Positions 1 to 12,613 of a DNA stretch of 64,000 nucleotides are shown in pieces. The notes under the pieces are model-generated. The model saw nothing but the letters and a program-made list of their open reading frames with translations, ran no database searches and was not told the origin of the DNA. This DNA is from Chloroflexota bacterium (GTDB lineage: Bacteria > Chloroflexota > Dehalococcoidia > Lucifugimonadales > UBA3495): NCBI GenBank assembly GCA_027623675.1, contig JAQBVF010000017.1, forward strand, positions 1 through 64,000, given 5' to 3'. The position numbers and the translations under genes are program-made. Each line of letters opens with the position of its first letter. The stretch's first letter is position 1.

Positions 1-166
1 CGCCACTTGAAAGGGTTGTCTGATGTCATGGCCTTGGCATCCTTGAGGAGAGATGATCCCAGACCTTATCCGACCAGCTAATTATTTGCAACGGAGCCTG
101 TGTGACGCCAGTGTGCGTCTTCCCGCCGCTTAAACCGCCAGCCGCCAATCCGGAAGAGGAGACCCG

Positions 167-1177
167 ATGAAGCTAGGATTTTTCGTTACGAATCAGTACC
201 TTCCCGGCGAGTCCATGCCCCAGAAGATCCAAGACAGCGCCGAGCAGGTGAGGGCGGCACGGGATGCTGGATTCAGCCTGATCGCCACGGGCCAACACTA
301 CCTGGCCGCGCCATACCAGATGAGCACGGTGTTCCCCCTGTTGGCCCGGCTGGCAGCCGAGGCTGGAGACATGCGGGTTGCCGCCACGGTGATCTTGGTG
401 CCCCTGCACAACCCGGTCGAGTTGGCCGAGAGCATCGCAACCCTGGACTGCATCACCAATGGCAAGTTTGTCTTCGGTGTCGGTCTGGGCTACCGGGACG
501 AAGAATACACCGCATTTGGTGTGGAACGGGGACAGCGAGTCGGCCGTATGAACGAGGCCATGGACCTGATCAAGCGGCTCTGGACCGAAGACGAGGTTGA
601 GTTCAAGGGCAGGTATTACACGGTGCCCAGAACCAAGATCGCCACCCGGCCGGTCCAGGACCCACATCCTCCCATCTGGGTCGCGGCCAACAACGACGTG
701 GCCATCCGCCGTGCCGCCCGCTGGGGCGCCCCTTGGCTGATCAACCCTCATGCCACCGTGCCCATGGTGGCCGACCAGTGGATCCGGTACAAAGCGGCCC
801 TGGACGAGTTCAATCAACCGGTGCCGGAAGAACTGCCCATGATGCGGGAGATGTACGTGGCCGAGGACCGGGAGACCGCCTATATCGAGAGTCAGCCGTT
901 CTTAGAGGGTAAATACCAGGCATACGCCGCCTGGGGTCAGGACAAAGCGCTGCCCGGCGAAGAAAGCTTCAATGTTCCCTATCAGGACCTGGCCAAAGAC
1001 CGGTTCTTGCTTGGCTCGCCCGACGACATCGTTGATGAGTTCCGGCGCTATGCCGGCGAGCTTGGTGTGAACCATATGATCTGCCGGATGCAGTGGCCCG
1101 GAATGCCTCAAGAGCAGGTCCTAAAGCAGATCGAACTCTTGGGCCGCGAGGTCATCCCCCGCATCAAAGATTTCTAG
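167..1177 (+). CDS. LLM-class flavin-dependent oxidoreductase (luciferase-like monooxygenase)
   Basis: 336 aa; typical LLM motifs (GQHYL, NPVELAESIATLD, GVGLGYR, PxQxPHPPIWVAA); SD GAGGAG upstream. Confidence 0.9.
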   Translation: MKLGFFVTNQYLPGESMPQKIQDSAEQVRAARDAGFSLIATGQHYLAAPYQMSTVFPLLARLAAEAGDMRVAATVILVPLHNPVELAESIATLDCITNGKFVFGVGLGYRDEEYTAFGVERGQRVGRMNEAMDLIKRLWTEDEVEFKGRYYTVPRTKIATRPVQDPHPPIWVAANNDVAIRRAARWGAPWLINPHATVPMVADQWIRYKAALDEFNQPVPEELPMMREMYVAEDRETAYIESQPFLEGKYQAYAAWGQDKALPGEESFNVPYQDLAKDRFLLGSPDDIVDEFRRYAGELGVNHMICRMQWPGMPQEQVLKQIELLGREVIPRIKDF

Positions 1178-1247
1178 GCGGGGGGATGCAGCCAGGTCCG
1201 AGCTAGTCCAAACGTTTGACGCTTCGGACCGGATGCGCCTCCAGCTG

Positions 1248-1340
1248 ATGCCGCCCTGAGTACAGCGAAGGGTCTCGTTGCTCTTGACGGATGTTGTTCC
1301 AGCGGCGACGAGATTCCTCGGCTGACGCCTGGGATATGAC
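1248..1340. repeat. Degenerate dispersed palindromic REP-like element related to the GIY-YIG element ends at 59.4-60.4 kb
   Basis: ATGCCGCCCTGAGTACAGCGAAGGGTCT aligns without gaps to the reverse complement of the right end at 59729-59756 (ATGTCACCCTGAACGTAGTGAAGGGTCT); inverted partner CGAGATTCCTCGG...ATATGAC at 1309-1340. Confidence 0.55.
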
Positions 1341-1564
1341 CGGAGCGCGGCGCTTTACTTGGTGTTTGGTAGATGGCAGTCCTCAGCACGCGCGGGGCTA
1401 TGAATCGAAACCAGCTGGCCAAGCCCTTGCCGAACGAGGCCATTTGGGCACGGACCCGGCTTGGTTAACCGTGATTGCCACGTGATAAACTGGGGCTCGC
1501 CGGAGTAGTCCGGAAATATAGGTTATCGCCGGGACGGTCCGCCGTCCCCAAAGCAGGTGTAGGT

Positions 1565-3595
1565 TTGGTTCCTCCAGGAGATATTGGCGCCCTGCCTCTT
1601 TGGGTTGGGGTCTTCGTGTTGCTGGGGTTGGCTCTGGCAATCTTCAACTACGTCTTTTACTTCAGGGTTGTCCGCCTGGTGCTGCAGGGCAAGGAGACCG
1701 CCCGTTTCGACCAGCCCCTAAAGCGGTTGAAGGGCGCATTGCTCATCTCGTTAGGCCAACAGAAGGTATTGCAGCGGGTGAAATACGGCGATTATGCCGG
1801 TATCGGCCACGCCACCATCTTCTGGGGATTCCTCACCTTTATGCTCAGCTACGGAATCTTCATCTTCGCCGGGTCCGCTTGGCGTGGCTTCCCCGAATGG
1901 CTACTCACCGAGACTGGAGTCAGGGTCTATAGCAGCTATCTGGACATCCTGTCCGCCGTGCTGCTTGTCGTCCTAGTCTGGGCCTTCGCCCGGCGCTGGC
2001 TGTTCACGCCCCGCCGCCTGAGCTACGACCTGACCCGCCACTCCGACGCCATCATCATCGTGGTCCTGATCGCGGGGTTGATGGCGTCCACCTTGCTGAC
2101 CCATTCTTTCTGGGTGGCCCAGGGCGGCATTGGCCCGGAGGCCGACGTGCCCATCGGCAGCGCCTTGGGTGGGCTGTTCTCCGACTGGGGATTGAGTATA
2201 TCCGCCGCCAACACGCTGCAGGGCGTATTCTGGTGGACCCACCTTTCAATCATCCTGGTATTCACCGTCTATATCCCGTTCACCAAGCATATGCACATGT
2301 TCGCCGCCCCGGTGAACGCCTACTTCCGGTCGTTGGAGCCCCGGGGAGCGCTCCCATTGATGGACCTGGAAAACACCGAGAAATTTGGCGCCGGGCGCGT
2401 TCAGGACTTTACCTGGAAGCAGTTGCTGGACGGATATGCCTGTGCCGTGTGCGGCCGCTGCACCGACGCCTGCCCCGCCAACCTAACCGGCAAGCAACTC
2501 TCACCCATGCACATCGTGGAGAACTTGAAGGACCACATGGTGGCCATCGGCCATCAGGGCGAGCGCAACGCCGACCACGTCGAGCCGTCACCCATCCTGA
2601 ACGGCGCCATCTCCGAGACGTCGATCTGGGACTGCCTGAATTGCGGCGCCTGTATGGAGGAATGCCCGGTGACTGTGGAGCATGTGCCGACCATCATGGA
2701 CATGCGCCGCTACCTGCTCTTAGAGGAGTCCAAGGCCCCCGAGTCGGCCATGAACGCCCTGCTGAGCATGGAACAACGCGGCCACCCCTGGCGCGGCACC
2801 CAGTTCTCCCGCACCGACTGGGCGGAGGGACTGGAGGTTCCCACTCTGGCCGAGAAACCCGATGCCGAAGTGTTGTTCTGGGTTGGCTGCACCCCGGCAT
2901 TGGAGCAGCGCAGCCAGGCGATAGCCCGGTCCATGGCCAAGGTCTTGAAGGCCGCCAAGGTGGACTTTGCCATTCTGGGCGACGAGGAAACCTGCACCGG
3001 CGACCCGGCCCGCCGCATGGGCAACGAATACCTGTTCCAGATGCTGGCCCAGCAAAACATCGAGACCATGAATGGCTACAACGTGAAGAAGGTGGTGACC
3101 GTCTGTCCCCACTGTTTCAACACCATGAAGAACGAGTACCCCCAACTGGGCGGCAACTTTGAGGTGTTGCACTATAGCCAGTTGGTGGACCAACTCATCA
3201 AATCCGGCAACATCAAACCGGTGAAGATGATGGACATGACCATGGCCTACCATGACTCCTGCTTCCTGGGTAGGCACAATGGCGTCTACGACGAACCCCG
3301 CAGCGTGGCCAAGGCCATCCCTGGGCTCAAGCTGGTCGAGATGGGTTCCCGCTGCCGCGAACGCGGTTTTTGCTGCGGCGCCGGTGGCGGGCACATGTGG
3401 GTGGAGGAAAGCGAGGGCACCAGGGTTAACCACGCCCGCACCGACCAGTTCTTGGAGACGGAGGCCGATACCGTGGGCGTTTCCTGTCCCTTCTGTGCCC
3501 AGATGATGGAAGAAGGGATCCAAGCCAAGGGTCTGGCCGGTGAGAAGAAAGCGAAAGACGTGCTGGAGATTCTGGCCGACAGCCTGGAGCTATGA
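1565..3595 (+). CDS. FadF-like membrane-anchored Fe-S oxidoreductase (TM domain + 2x[4Fe-4S] + two CCG domains)
   Basis: CAVCGRCTDACP and CLNCGACMEECP ferredoxin motifs; CCG motifs (CPHC, YHDSC, CCGAGGG, CPFC); N-terminal TM helices. Start placed at TTG 1565 after AGGTGT; ORF open from 1475. Confidence 0.85.
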   Translation: MVPPGDIGALPLWVGVFVLLGLALAIFNYVFYFRVVRLVLQGKETARFDQPLKRLKGALLISLGQQKVLQRVKYGDYAGIGHATIFWGFLTFMLSYGIFIFAGSAWRGFPEWLLTETGVRVYSSYLDILSAVLLVVLVWAFARRWLFTPRRLSYDLTRHSDAIIIVVLIAGLMASTLLTHSFWVAQGGIGPEADVPIGSALGGLFSDWGLSISAANTLQGVFWWTHLSIILVFTVYIPFTKHMHMFAAPVNAYFRSLEPRGALPLMDLENTEKFGAGRVQDFTWKQLLDGYACAVCGRCTDACPANLTGKQLSPMHIVENLKDHMVAIGHQGERNADHVEPSPILNGAISETSIWDCLNCGACMEECPVTVEHVPTIMDMRRYLLLEESKAPESAMNALLSMEQRGHPWRGTQFSRTDWAEGLEVPTLAEKPDAEVLFWVGCTPALEQRSQAIARSMAKVLKAAKVDFAILGDEETCTGDPARRMGNEYLFQMLAQQNIETMNGYNVKKVVTVCPHCFNTMKNEYPQLGGNFEVLHYSQLVDQLIKSGNIKPVKMMDMTMAYHDSCFLGRHNGVYDEPRSVAKAIPGLKLVEMGSRCRERGFCCGAGGGHMWVEESEGTRVNHARTDQFLETEADTVGVSCPFCAQMMEEGIQAKGLAGEKKAKDVLEILADSLEL

Positions 3596-3614
3596 CGCCG
3601 GCCTCGGAGCTTAG

Positions 3615-3872
3615 ATGCCAATAAATGAAGTTAACGTGATCCGGTCCTGCGGCGTATGCGGTACGGAGATCGAAACAGTCACGATAAAGAAAGACAACAT
3701 GATGCTAACCACCGAGGAACTGGTGTGGTGCCCCAATTGCCAGGCGGACCGCCCTGAGGTCCGCGACGTTGCCGGCCGCTTGGACGCCATCAAGCAAGAG
3801 CAGAGGAGCTATCCCAAGGCAGTGGCCGCTAAGCCCTTCTCCGACCAGCCTCCCGGTTCTTCCAGGGGCTGA
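3615..3872 (+). CDS. Small hypothetical zinc-ribbon protein
   Basis: 85 aa, CGVC...CPNC pair; co-oriented 19 bp after the FadF-like gene. Confidence 0.65.
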   Translation: MPINEVNVIRSCGVCGTEIETVTIKKDNMMLTTEELVWCPNCQADRPEVRDVAGRLDAIKQEQRSYPKAVAAKPFSDQPPGSSRG

Positions 3873-3875
3873 CTG

Positions 3876-4256
3876 ATGGCTGAGAAAGAGACGGTGCTGG
3901 TCCTAACCAGTAATCTGTTCTTCATGCCGCGGATCGAGGCTGCCGCCGACGCGGGCGGGCTCGACCTGGTGAGCGCATCCACCTCGGCCAAGCTCATGGA
4001 AGCCATGGCCGGCCGCACCGTTCCCCTGGTCTTGGTGGACCTGGAGATGGACGAGCCGGTCTGGACCGAAGCCCTTGAAGCTTTGGGTTCTGCCGGCATC
4101 CCCGGAACCAAGGTCGTAGCTTACGGACCCCACGGCGAGCCGGGGACACTGCGGAAGGCCCGAGACCTGGGCTGCGACGCCGTGCTGATCAAGCGTGATT
4201 TCTCCGAGTCCCTGCCCGAATTGCTGGCCAGCCGCGGCGCTTCGGCCTCCGGGTAA
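3876..4256 (+). CDS. Stand-alone receiver-like (CheY-fold) protein
   Basis: 126 aa with LVLVDLEM and VVAYGPH...ARDLGCDAV pattern; N-terminal acidic pocket degenerate. Confidence 0.65.
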   Translation: MAEKETVLVLTSNLFFMPRIEAAADAGGLDLVSASTSAKLMEAMAGRTVPLVLVDLEMDEPVWTEALEALGSAGIPGTKVVAYGPHGEPGTLRKARDLGCDAVLIKRDFSESLPELLASRGASASG

Positions 4257-4266
4257 CCCGCGCCAG

Positions 4267-5142
4267 GTGGGGTCCGCGGACCGGTCCATCATCAGGCGTG
4301 CCCGGTCGGTCCTGACCTCCGTTGCCGTCGGCGCACTACTGGCCTATGGAGTTGCTTTCATCGTGCTTTGGTCGCAGTTGGAAAAGCGGTTCGTGTTCTC
4401 CCCCGTGGCCGAGTTGCTGTACACCCCGAATGACGCCGGACTGGAGTACGAAGACATCCGATTTCAAACGTCGGACGGCCTGACTCTGCACGGCTGGTTC
4501 ATCCCAGGGAAGGATCCCGTCACCGAAGTTGACCGGCCTTTCACCTGGGTCTGGTTCCACGGAAACGGCGGCAATCTCGGCTACCGGGTCGACGAACTCG
4601 CCCTCGCCCACCACCAGACTGGGGATGACATATTTATCTTCGACTACCGGGGTTTCGGCGAGAGCGACGGAAAACCTTCGGAGCGGGGCACCTACTTGGA
4701 CTCCCGGGCCGCCCTGAATCACCTGAAGTCTCGGCCCGGCTTTGATTCCAGGCGCATGGTCTACCTGGGGCATTCTTTGGGCGCGGCAGTGGCGGTGGAG
4801 CTTTCGTTGACCCAGCCTCCATCAGCCCTGGTGCTGGTCTCACCATTCGCTTCGGTGCGGGACATGGCCGGCCTGGCGCTGCCATTTCCGCCGGCTGCCT
4901 GGCTGCTTAGGAACCATTACGACAATGTAGCCAGAGTGAGAAAGATAAACGCTCCGGTGCTGGTGCTTCACGGCGACCAGGACGACACGGTCCCGTTGTC
5001 TCAGGGCCGAAAGCTCTACGAGGCGGCGAACCAGCCGAAACAATTTCAGACGCTGGAGGGAGCGGGCCACAACGACACCTACGAGGCAGCATCGGAGCAG
5101 TATTGCGGGGCGATAGAGTCCTTCCTGGCTGAGATCGAGTAG
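4267..5142 (+). CDS. Alpha/beta hydrolase (ABHD13/BEM46-like) with N-terminal TM anchor
   Basis: WFHGNGGN, DYRGFGES, GHSLG nucleophile, HGDQD, GAGHND; start uncertain (GTG 4267; ORF open from 4195). Confidence 0.85.
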   Translation: MGSADRSIIRRARSVLTSVAVGALLAYGVAFIVLWSQLEKRFVFSPVAELLYTPNDAGLEYEDIRFQTSDGLTLHGWFIPGKDPVTEVDRPFTWVWFHGNGGNLGYRVDELALAHHQTGDDIFIFDYRGFGESDGKPSERGTYLDSRAALNHLKSRPGFDSRRMVYLGHSLGAAVAVELSLTQPPSALVLVSPFASVRDMAGLALPFPPAAWLLRNHYDNVARVRKINAPVLVLHGDQDDTVPLSQGRKLYEAANQPKQFQTLEGAGHNDTYEAASEQYCGAIESFLAEIE

Positions 5143-5149
5143 ACAGGGA

Positions 5150-5443
5150 CTAGACCCCTGGAATTATCTCAGTCTCGTAGTCGATCAGTTCCAGGTCCCG
5201 GTTGGAATCTTCAACGAAGGCCACCACATTGGAGACGACCTCGTTGGCGTGGGCGGGATCGGTGCTCACACAGCACACGGCCAGGACCAGCCGTTGCCAC
5301 AGGTCGTGGTCTTCGACTTCCGCCACCGCCACGTTGAATCTGTTGCGGATCCGGGCGGACAGTGAACGGGCCACTTGCCGCTTGTCCTTGAGGCTGGCCG
5401 ATTCGGGCAGATGTAGCATCATGCGGCAAACGCCAATGTGCAA
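5150..5443 (-). CDS. DUF503 family protein
   Basis: SLKDKRQV...RNRFNVAVAEVEDHDLWQR signature; GGAGG before TTG start. Confidence 0.9.
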   Translation of the reverse strand: MHIGVCRMMLHLPESASLKDKRQVARSLSARIRNRFNVAVAEVEDHDLWQRLVLAVCCVSTDPAHANEVVSNVVAFVEDSNRDLELIDYETEIIPGV

Positions 5444-5659
5444 TTTGGCCTCCTGGTCGGGTGCGCCGCCGTGTCTGAATCGAGTACTGGATGATTGGGC
5501 GTGTTCTTGACTCTGATCGGACCCACATTATAGATTATAGATAGGCGCAGTCCGAATCTGCGCTACCCATCCCTTATCTGGAAGCCTGGGTTCACCTTCT
5601 GGCAGACTGTTTTAGTGATTTTACGAACGGTATGCTGTCGGTGAAGGAACTGAAACGAC

Positions 5660-6310
5660 ATGCCCTCCAATTCTGATTCCCGGCAGATTCGCTCGGAAGT
5701 GCCCGAGGTCGTCATCAGCCGTCTTCCGCAATATGTGCGGATCCTGAACCGGCTGTTGGACGATGGGATCGAGGTGGTTAGCTCGCAGCAATTGGGTGAA
5801 AAGCTCCAGGTTACCCCCGCTCAGATACGCAAGGACCTCAGTTATTTCGGGCGTTTCGGCAAGCAGGGGCGCGGGTACAGCGTACACGACCTGCTGGGCC
5901 GGCTGCGGCAGATACTGGGGATCAACTCCCCTTGGAACGTCGCTGTGGTTGGGGTTGGCAGGTTGGGACGGGCCATCTTGAGTTACCCCGGCTTCAATCC
6001 TGACGGATTCCATCTGGTGGCGGCGTTCGACCTGAACAACGACCTCATCGGCGAAACGGTTGGCGGATTGGCCGTGCGCAGCATGGATGAGTTGGACCGC
6101 GTGGTGCAGGAGGAAAAGATCAGCATCGCCATCGTCGCCGTACCGGTTGAGTTCACTCAGAACGTGGTCGACCAGTTGGTGGCCTGCGGCGTCAGAGCGA
6201 TCCTGAACTACGCGCCGATAACGCCTCAGGTGCGGGAGGGCATCCGCATCCGTAACATTGACCCTGTACTGTCCCTTCAGTCCATGACCTACTACATCAA
6301 CGACGACTGA
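5660..6310 (+). CDS. rex: Redox-sensing transcriptional repressor Rex
   Basis: RLPQYVR, PAQIRKDLSYFGRFGKQGRGY, GVGRLG Rossmann motif, ILNYAP. Confidence 0.95.
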   Translation: MPSNSDSRQIRSEVPEVVISRLPQYVRILNRLLDDGIEVVSSQQLGEKLQVTPAQIRKDLSYFGRFGKQGRGYSVHDLLGRLRQILGINSPWNVAVVGVGRLGRAILSYPGFNPDGFHLVAAFDLNNDLIGETVGGLAVRSMDELDRVVQEEKISIAIVAVPVEFTQNVVDQLVACGVRAILNYAPITPQVREGIRIRNIDPVLSLQSMTYYINDD

Positions 6311-6331
6311 CGCGGCCGCGGGACATCGGCC

Positions 6332-6371
6332 AAAGAGAAATGCCCCGGCTGATGCCGGGGCATTTCTCTTT
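6332..6371. terminator. Bidirectional intrinsic terminator between rex and atpC
   Basis: AAAGAGAAATGCCCCGGC-TGAT-GCCGGGGCATTTCTCTTT perfect stem between convergent genes. Confidence 0.85.
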
Positions 6372-6391
6372 TTATTCCGAGTGGTCTTTGC

Positions 6392-6838
6392 TTAGGGATT
6401 GGTGTTGGGAGGAGATTGCTGTCCCTGACCGCGGGACCGTCTCCGGCGAACCAGGCTAACCCTGACCTGAGCGCGCTGCAGTGAGCGCATGGCCCGCTCC
6501 AACTCTACCTCTGTGCCACCCCGGTTGGCCAGCCGTTCTTGCGCCCGTTGCATGGCCTGTTGGGCTCGTTCTTCGTCGATCTCGTCAGAGCGTTCGCAGG
6601 TGTCGGCCAGGACGCTCACCTTGTTGCCCAGAACTTCCATGAAGCCGCCGGACACAGCCACGTAGATGTCTTCTCCACCCTTACGGACGGTCAACTCACC
6701 GGGCTTGAGCATGGTCATCAACGGGGCATGCCGGGGCAGTATCCCCAACTGTCCGTCGAATCCAGGCGCGATCACCATGTCCACGTCGTCGGAATAGACC
6801 TCGCGTTCGGCGGTGATTATCTCCAATTTCATTGGCAT
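6392..6838 (-). CDS. atpC: F1Fo ATP synthase epsilon subunit
   Basis: GQLGILPRHAPL, VSGGFMEV; last gene of the atp operon. Confidence 0.95.
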   Translation of the reverse strand: MPMKLEIITAEREVYSDDVDMVIAPGFDGQLGILPRHAPLMTMLKPGELTVRKGGEDIYVAVSGGFMEVLGNKVSVLADTCERSDEIDEERAQQAMQRAQERLANRGGTEVELERAMRSLQRAQVRVSLVRRRRSRGQGQQSPPNTNP

Positions 6839-6883
6839 GATTCGTGCTAGTTCCTAAGCCTTTCGGCGGGCGTGGTTCTTGAT

Positions 6884-9186
<2,303 letters not shown>

Positions 9187-9230
9187 CTATCTCATATCTT
9201 CCGAATTAATCTGGCGATACCGGGCAACGG

Positions 9231-10742
9231 TTACGGATTAAACGTTGGCTTGAAATCGTTGATCGCCTTGCTCAGACTGGCCGACACCTCGTCGGAGATG
9301 TCCTTGGTCTCGGTGATGCTCTTGATGATTTCGGGATTGGTGCTGCTCACGTAGCGGAGCAGTTGCTCTTGGAACGCGGCCACTTTGTCCATCTCGATGT
9401 CTTCCATCAGGCCTTCGTTCACCGCGAACAGCACAACCACCTCATCGGCCAGCGACAAAGGCACGTATTGCGCCTGTTTTAGAACCTCGGTGGCCAACTG
9501 ACCCCGGGCCAGCTGGGCGCGGGTGCCGGCGTCCAGGTCGGCGGTGCCGAATTGGGCGAAGGTAGCAAGTTCCCTGTATTGCGCCAACGCCTGCCGGAGC
9601 TGACCGGCAACCTTACGGATGGCCCTGGTCTGTGCCGCGCCGCCCACCCGGGACACGGAAAGTCCCACGTTCACCGCGGGGCGGATGCCGGAGTTAAACA
9701 ACTCGGATTCCAGGTAGATCTGGCCGTCGGTGATCGAGATCACGTTGGTCGGTATGTACGCTGAAACGTCGCCTGCCTGGGTTTCAATGATTGGCAGGGC
9801 AGTGATCGACCCGCCGCCGCTGGCTTCGTCCAAACGGGCGGAGCGCTCCAAAAGGCGGCTGTGCAGGTAGAAGATATCTCCGGGGTAGGCTTCACGACCG
9901 GCGGGGCGGCGCAGCAACAGCGACATCTGGCGGTAGGCCCACGCGTGCTTGGTGAGGTCGTCATAAACGATCAAGACATCTTTGCCCTGGTCCATGAAAT
10001 ATTCGGCCATGGCCGAACCAGCGTAGGGAGCGATGTATTGCAGTGGCGCCGACTCGGCGGCGCCGGCCGTGACCACGATGGTGTGGTCCATAGCTCCGAC
10101 CGTTTCCAATGAACCCACAACCTGCGCCACCTTGCCCTGCTTCTGGCCGATGGCGACGTAGATGCAGATCATATCGCCGCCCTTCTGGTTGATGATGGTG
10201 TCCAGGGCGATGGCGGTCTTGCCGGTGGAACGGTCGCCGATGATCAACTCACGCTGGCCCCGGCCAATGGGAATCATGGCGTCCACTGCTTTGATGCCCG
10301 TCTGCACCGGTTGGTCAACCGACTGACGAGACACCACGTTGGGGGCCACTTTCTCAACGGACCGTGTGTCGCTGGTTTCGACCGACCCTTTGCCGTCCAG
10401 AGGCCTTCCCAGCGGGTCGACAACCCGGCCGATCAATGCTTCGCCAACAGGAACCTCGATTATCCTGCCGGTGGAGCGTACCCGGTCGCCTTCTTTAACG
10501 GCGTTGGGGTCGCCCAAGATGGCCGCGCCAACGATGTCCGCTTCCAGGTTCAAGGCTAGACCCAGCACGTCATTGCCGAAGTCCAAAAGCTCGTTGGAAC
10601 GAACGCCCTGAAGTCCTTGGATGCTGGCAACACCGTCGCCCACTTGGACCACCGTGCCCACATCCACCAGGGCCAAATCGCCGCCAAACTCTTCAATCTG
10701 GCGTTTGATCAGTGAAACTATGTCCTGTCCTCTGGTCGCCAT
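9231..10742 (-). CDS. atpA: F1Fo ATP synthase alpha subunit
   Basis: [38 protein letters not shown]. Confidence 0.98.
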   Translation of the reverse strand: MATRGQDIVSLIKRQIEEFGGDLALVDVGTVVQVGDGVASIQGLQGVRSNELLDFGNDVLGLALNLEADIVGAAILGDPNAVKEGDRVRSTGRIIEVPVGEALIGRVVDPLGRPLDGKGSVETSDTRSVEKVAPNVVSRQSVDQPVQTGIKAVDAMIPIGRGQRELIIGDRSTGKTAIALDTIINQKGGDMICIYVAIGQKQGKVAQVVGSLETVGAMDHTIVVTAGAAESAPLQYIAPYAGSAMAEYFMDQGKDVLIVYDDLTKHAWAYRQMSLLLRRPAGREAYPGDIFYLHSRLLERSARLDEASGGGSITALPIIETQAGDVSAYIPTNVISITDGQIYLESELFNSGIRPAVNVGLSVSRVGGAAQTRAIRKVAGQLRQALAQYRELATFAQFGTADLDAGTRAQLARGQLATEVLKQAQYVPLSLADEVVVLFAVNEGLMEDIEMDKVAAFQEQLLRYVSSTNPEIIKSITETKDISDEVSASLSKAINDFKPTFNP

Positions 10743-10904
10743 CAGAGGTACTCCTTACGATAACGATTAGGCCGGGCGGTTCGACCGCCTTCCCATGCTT
10801 GTTGTTCGATCGCTTGTGGTTCCCAGACCATTCTCAGACTGGGAGACCGGTATTATTCCGTATATATCAAGAACGCTTAAAATCAACGCTACAGGTAAAG
10901 ACTG

Positions 10905-11453
10905 CTACCGTGAGGCGGCAATCTCGGTGTGCATGCGGTTGCGTAGGCCGTCCAGGCGGGCCTGGGTGCTGCCGTCCAGCAGCCGGTCGCCGATCTGAAT
11001 CACCAACCCACCAAGGATCGACTCGTCGACCTGGGTCGTCAGTACAACCTCCTGGTTGATCAGGTTGCTAACGAATTTCTGGATGCGGGTTTCCTCGGCG
11101 CTTTCCAGGGGCACCGCGGTGGTGATCTCCACCCGCTGCCGGCCTAGGTGCCGGTCCAGCAATGCGGTGTAACCGGCGTGAACGTCCAAGATGGCATCCA
11201 CCGAGTTCTTCGTCACCAGTAGGTCAACCAGGTTGCGCACCAGTGGGTTCACCCCGGCCAAGACCGACGCCGTAGCCGCCAGCTTGTCGGCGGCGGGCAT
11301 GTCGGCGTGTTTCATCAGAGCGGTGAATCCGGCATCGCCGAACACCTCGGCCACCACGGCCAAGTCCTCGCCCCACTCTTCAACTTGGTTGTTCTCTTGG
11401 GCCAAGTCGAATATGGCCTGGGCGTAGCGTTTTCCTGAGAGTCGTTTAGCCAT
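10905..11453 (-). CDS. atpH: F1Fo ATP synthase delta subunit
   Basis: RYAQAIF, VDESILGGLVIQIGDRLLDGS; position between atpF and atpA. Confidence 0.95.
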   Translation of the reverse strand: MAKRLSGKRYAQAIFDLAQENNQVEEWGEDLAVVAEVFGDAGFTALMKHADMPAADKLAATASVLAGVNPLVRNLVDLLVTKNSVDAILDVHAGYTALLDRHLGRQRVEITTAVPLESAEETRIQKFVSNLINQEVVLTTQVDESILGGLVIQIGDRLLDGSTQARLDGLRNRMHTEIAASR

Positions 11454-11461
11454 TGCGTCGC

Positions 11462-11965
11462 TTAACCCCTTCTCAGGGATTCGCCCTCTTCCAGCACCTG
11501 GTTGATCAGCTCTTCATGGGCCGTGCGGTCCAGGGAGCGCCGAATCACCCGTTCGGCTGCGGTGATGGCCAGGTCGCCGAAGCTAGCCCGGACATCTTCA
11601 AGAGCAAAGTCACGCTCCCGTTGGATGTCGGCCCTAGCCCGTTGCACGAAGGCCTCAGCCTCCTGGCGCGCCTTGTCCATCTCCTCGGTGCGGAACCGTT
11701 CCGCCGCTTCCCGCGTTTGGTCCATGATGCGTTGACCTTCACGCCGGGCCTCGGTTATCTGCTCTTGGATGGCCTCCTGGGACGACGCGGCGTCTTCCCG
11801 CGCCTTCTCGGCGGCGTCCAGGCTTTCCCGGATGCGTTCCGCCCGTTGGTCCATCAGCCGCAATATCGGTTTGTAAGCAAACAGATACAGCAACAGCAGT
11901 ACCAGCAGGAAGTTGACCAGGTATATTGCGAGGCTTGGGAAGTGGATTCCCAATGTCTCTAACAT
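11462..11965 (-). CDS. atpF: Fo ATP synthase subunit b
   Basis: N-terminal TM (VNFLLVLLLLYLFAYKPI) followed by coiled coil. Confidence 0.95.
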   Translation of the reverse strand: MLETLGIHFPSLAIYLVNFLLVLLLLYLFAYKPILRLMDQRAERIRESLDAAEKAREDAASSQEAIQEQITEARREGQRIMDQTREAAERFRTEEMDKARQEAEAFVQRARADIQRERDFALEDVRASFGDLAITAAERVIRRSLDRTAHEELINQVLEEGESLRRG

Positions 11966-12053
11966 ATCAACCTACTTCACTTGAATGAGATTGGGGTTCG
12001 ACAATACCGGGGCCTGGCGTGACCCAAAGGCCCCGGACTTGATGAAACCCAAC

Positions 12054-12335
<282 letters not shown>

Positions 12336-12386
12336 TTATCTCCTTAGTTCCGTGCGGTTCTGTTCCGTGGTTCTCTTGTTAGCTAT

Positions 12387-12485
12387 CTAGTCTTGGCGGG
12401 ACGCGTAGATCGCGAATATCCCACCCAGCGCTGCGGCCGCGATGCCAACGACGGCCAATACCATGACTAAGATCAATACATCCAT
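12387..12485 (-). CDS. Unannotated 32-aa single-TM protein inside the atp operon
   Basis: Read manually: MDVLILVMVLAVVGIAAAALGGIFAIYASRQD*, SD-like AGAGGA upstream of ATG, co-oriented between atpB and atpE. Confidence 0.7.
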   Translation of the reverse strand: MDVLILVMVLAVVGIAAAALGGIFAIYASRQD

Positions 12486-12613
12486 TACGTTTCCTCTACG
12501 CTAACGTCCCTGATTTGTTCCGGGGCACGGTCCGGGACACGCGCGCCCGATGATTATAACTGTCGTTGGAAGGTCCGGGAACCCGACTGGCAACCCAGCG
12601 GGGTGGCCTGTTC

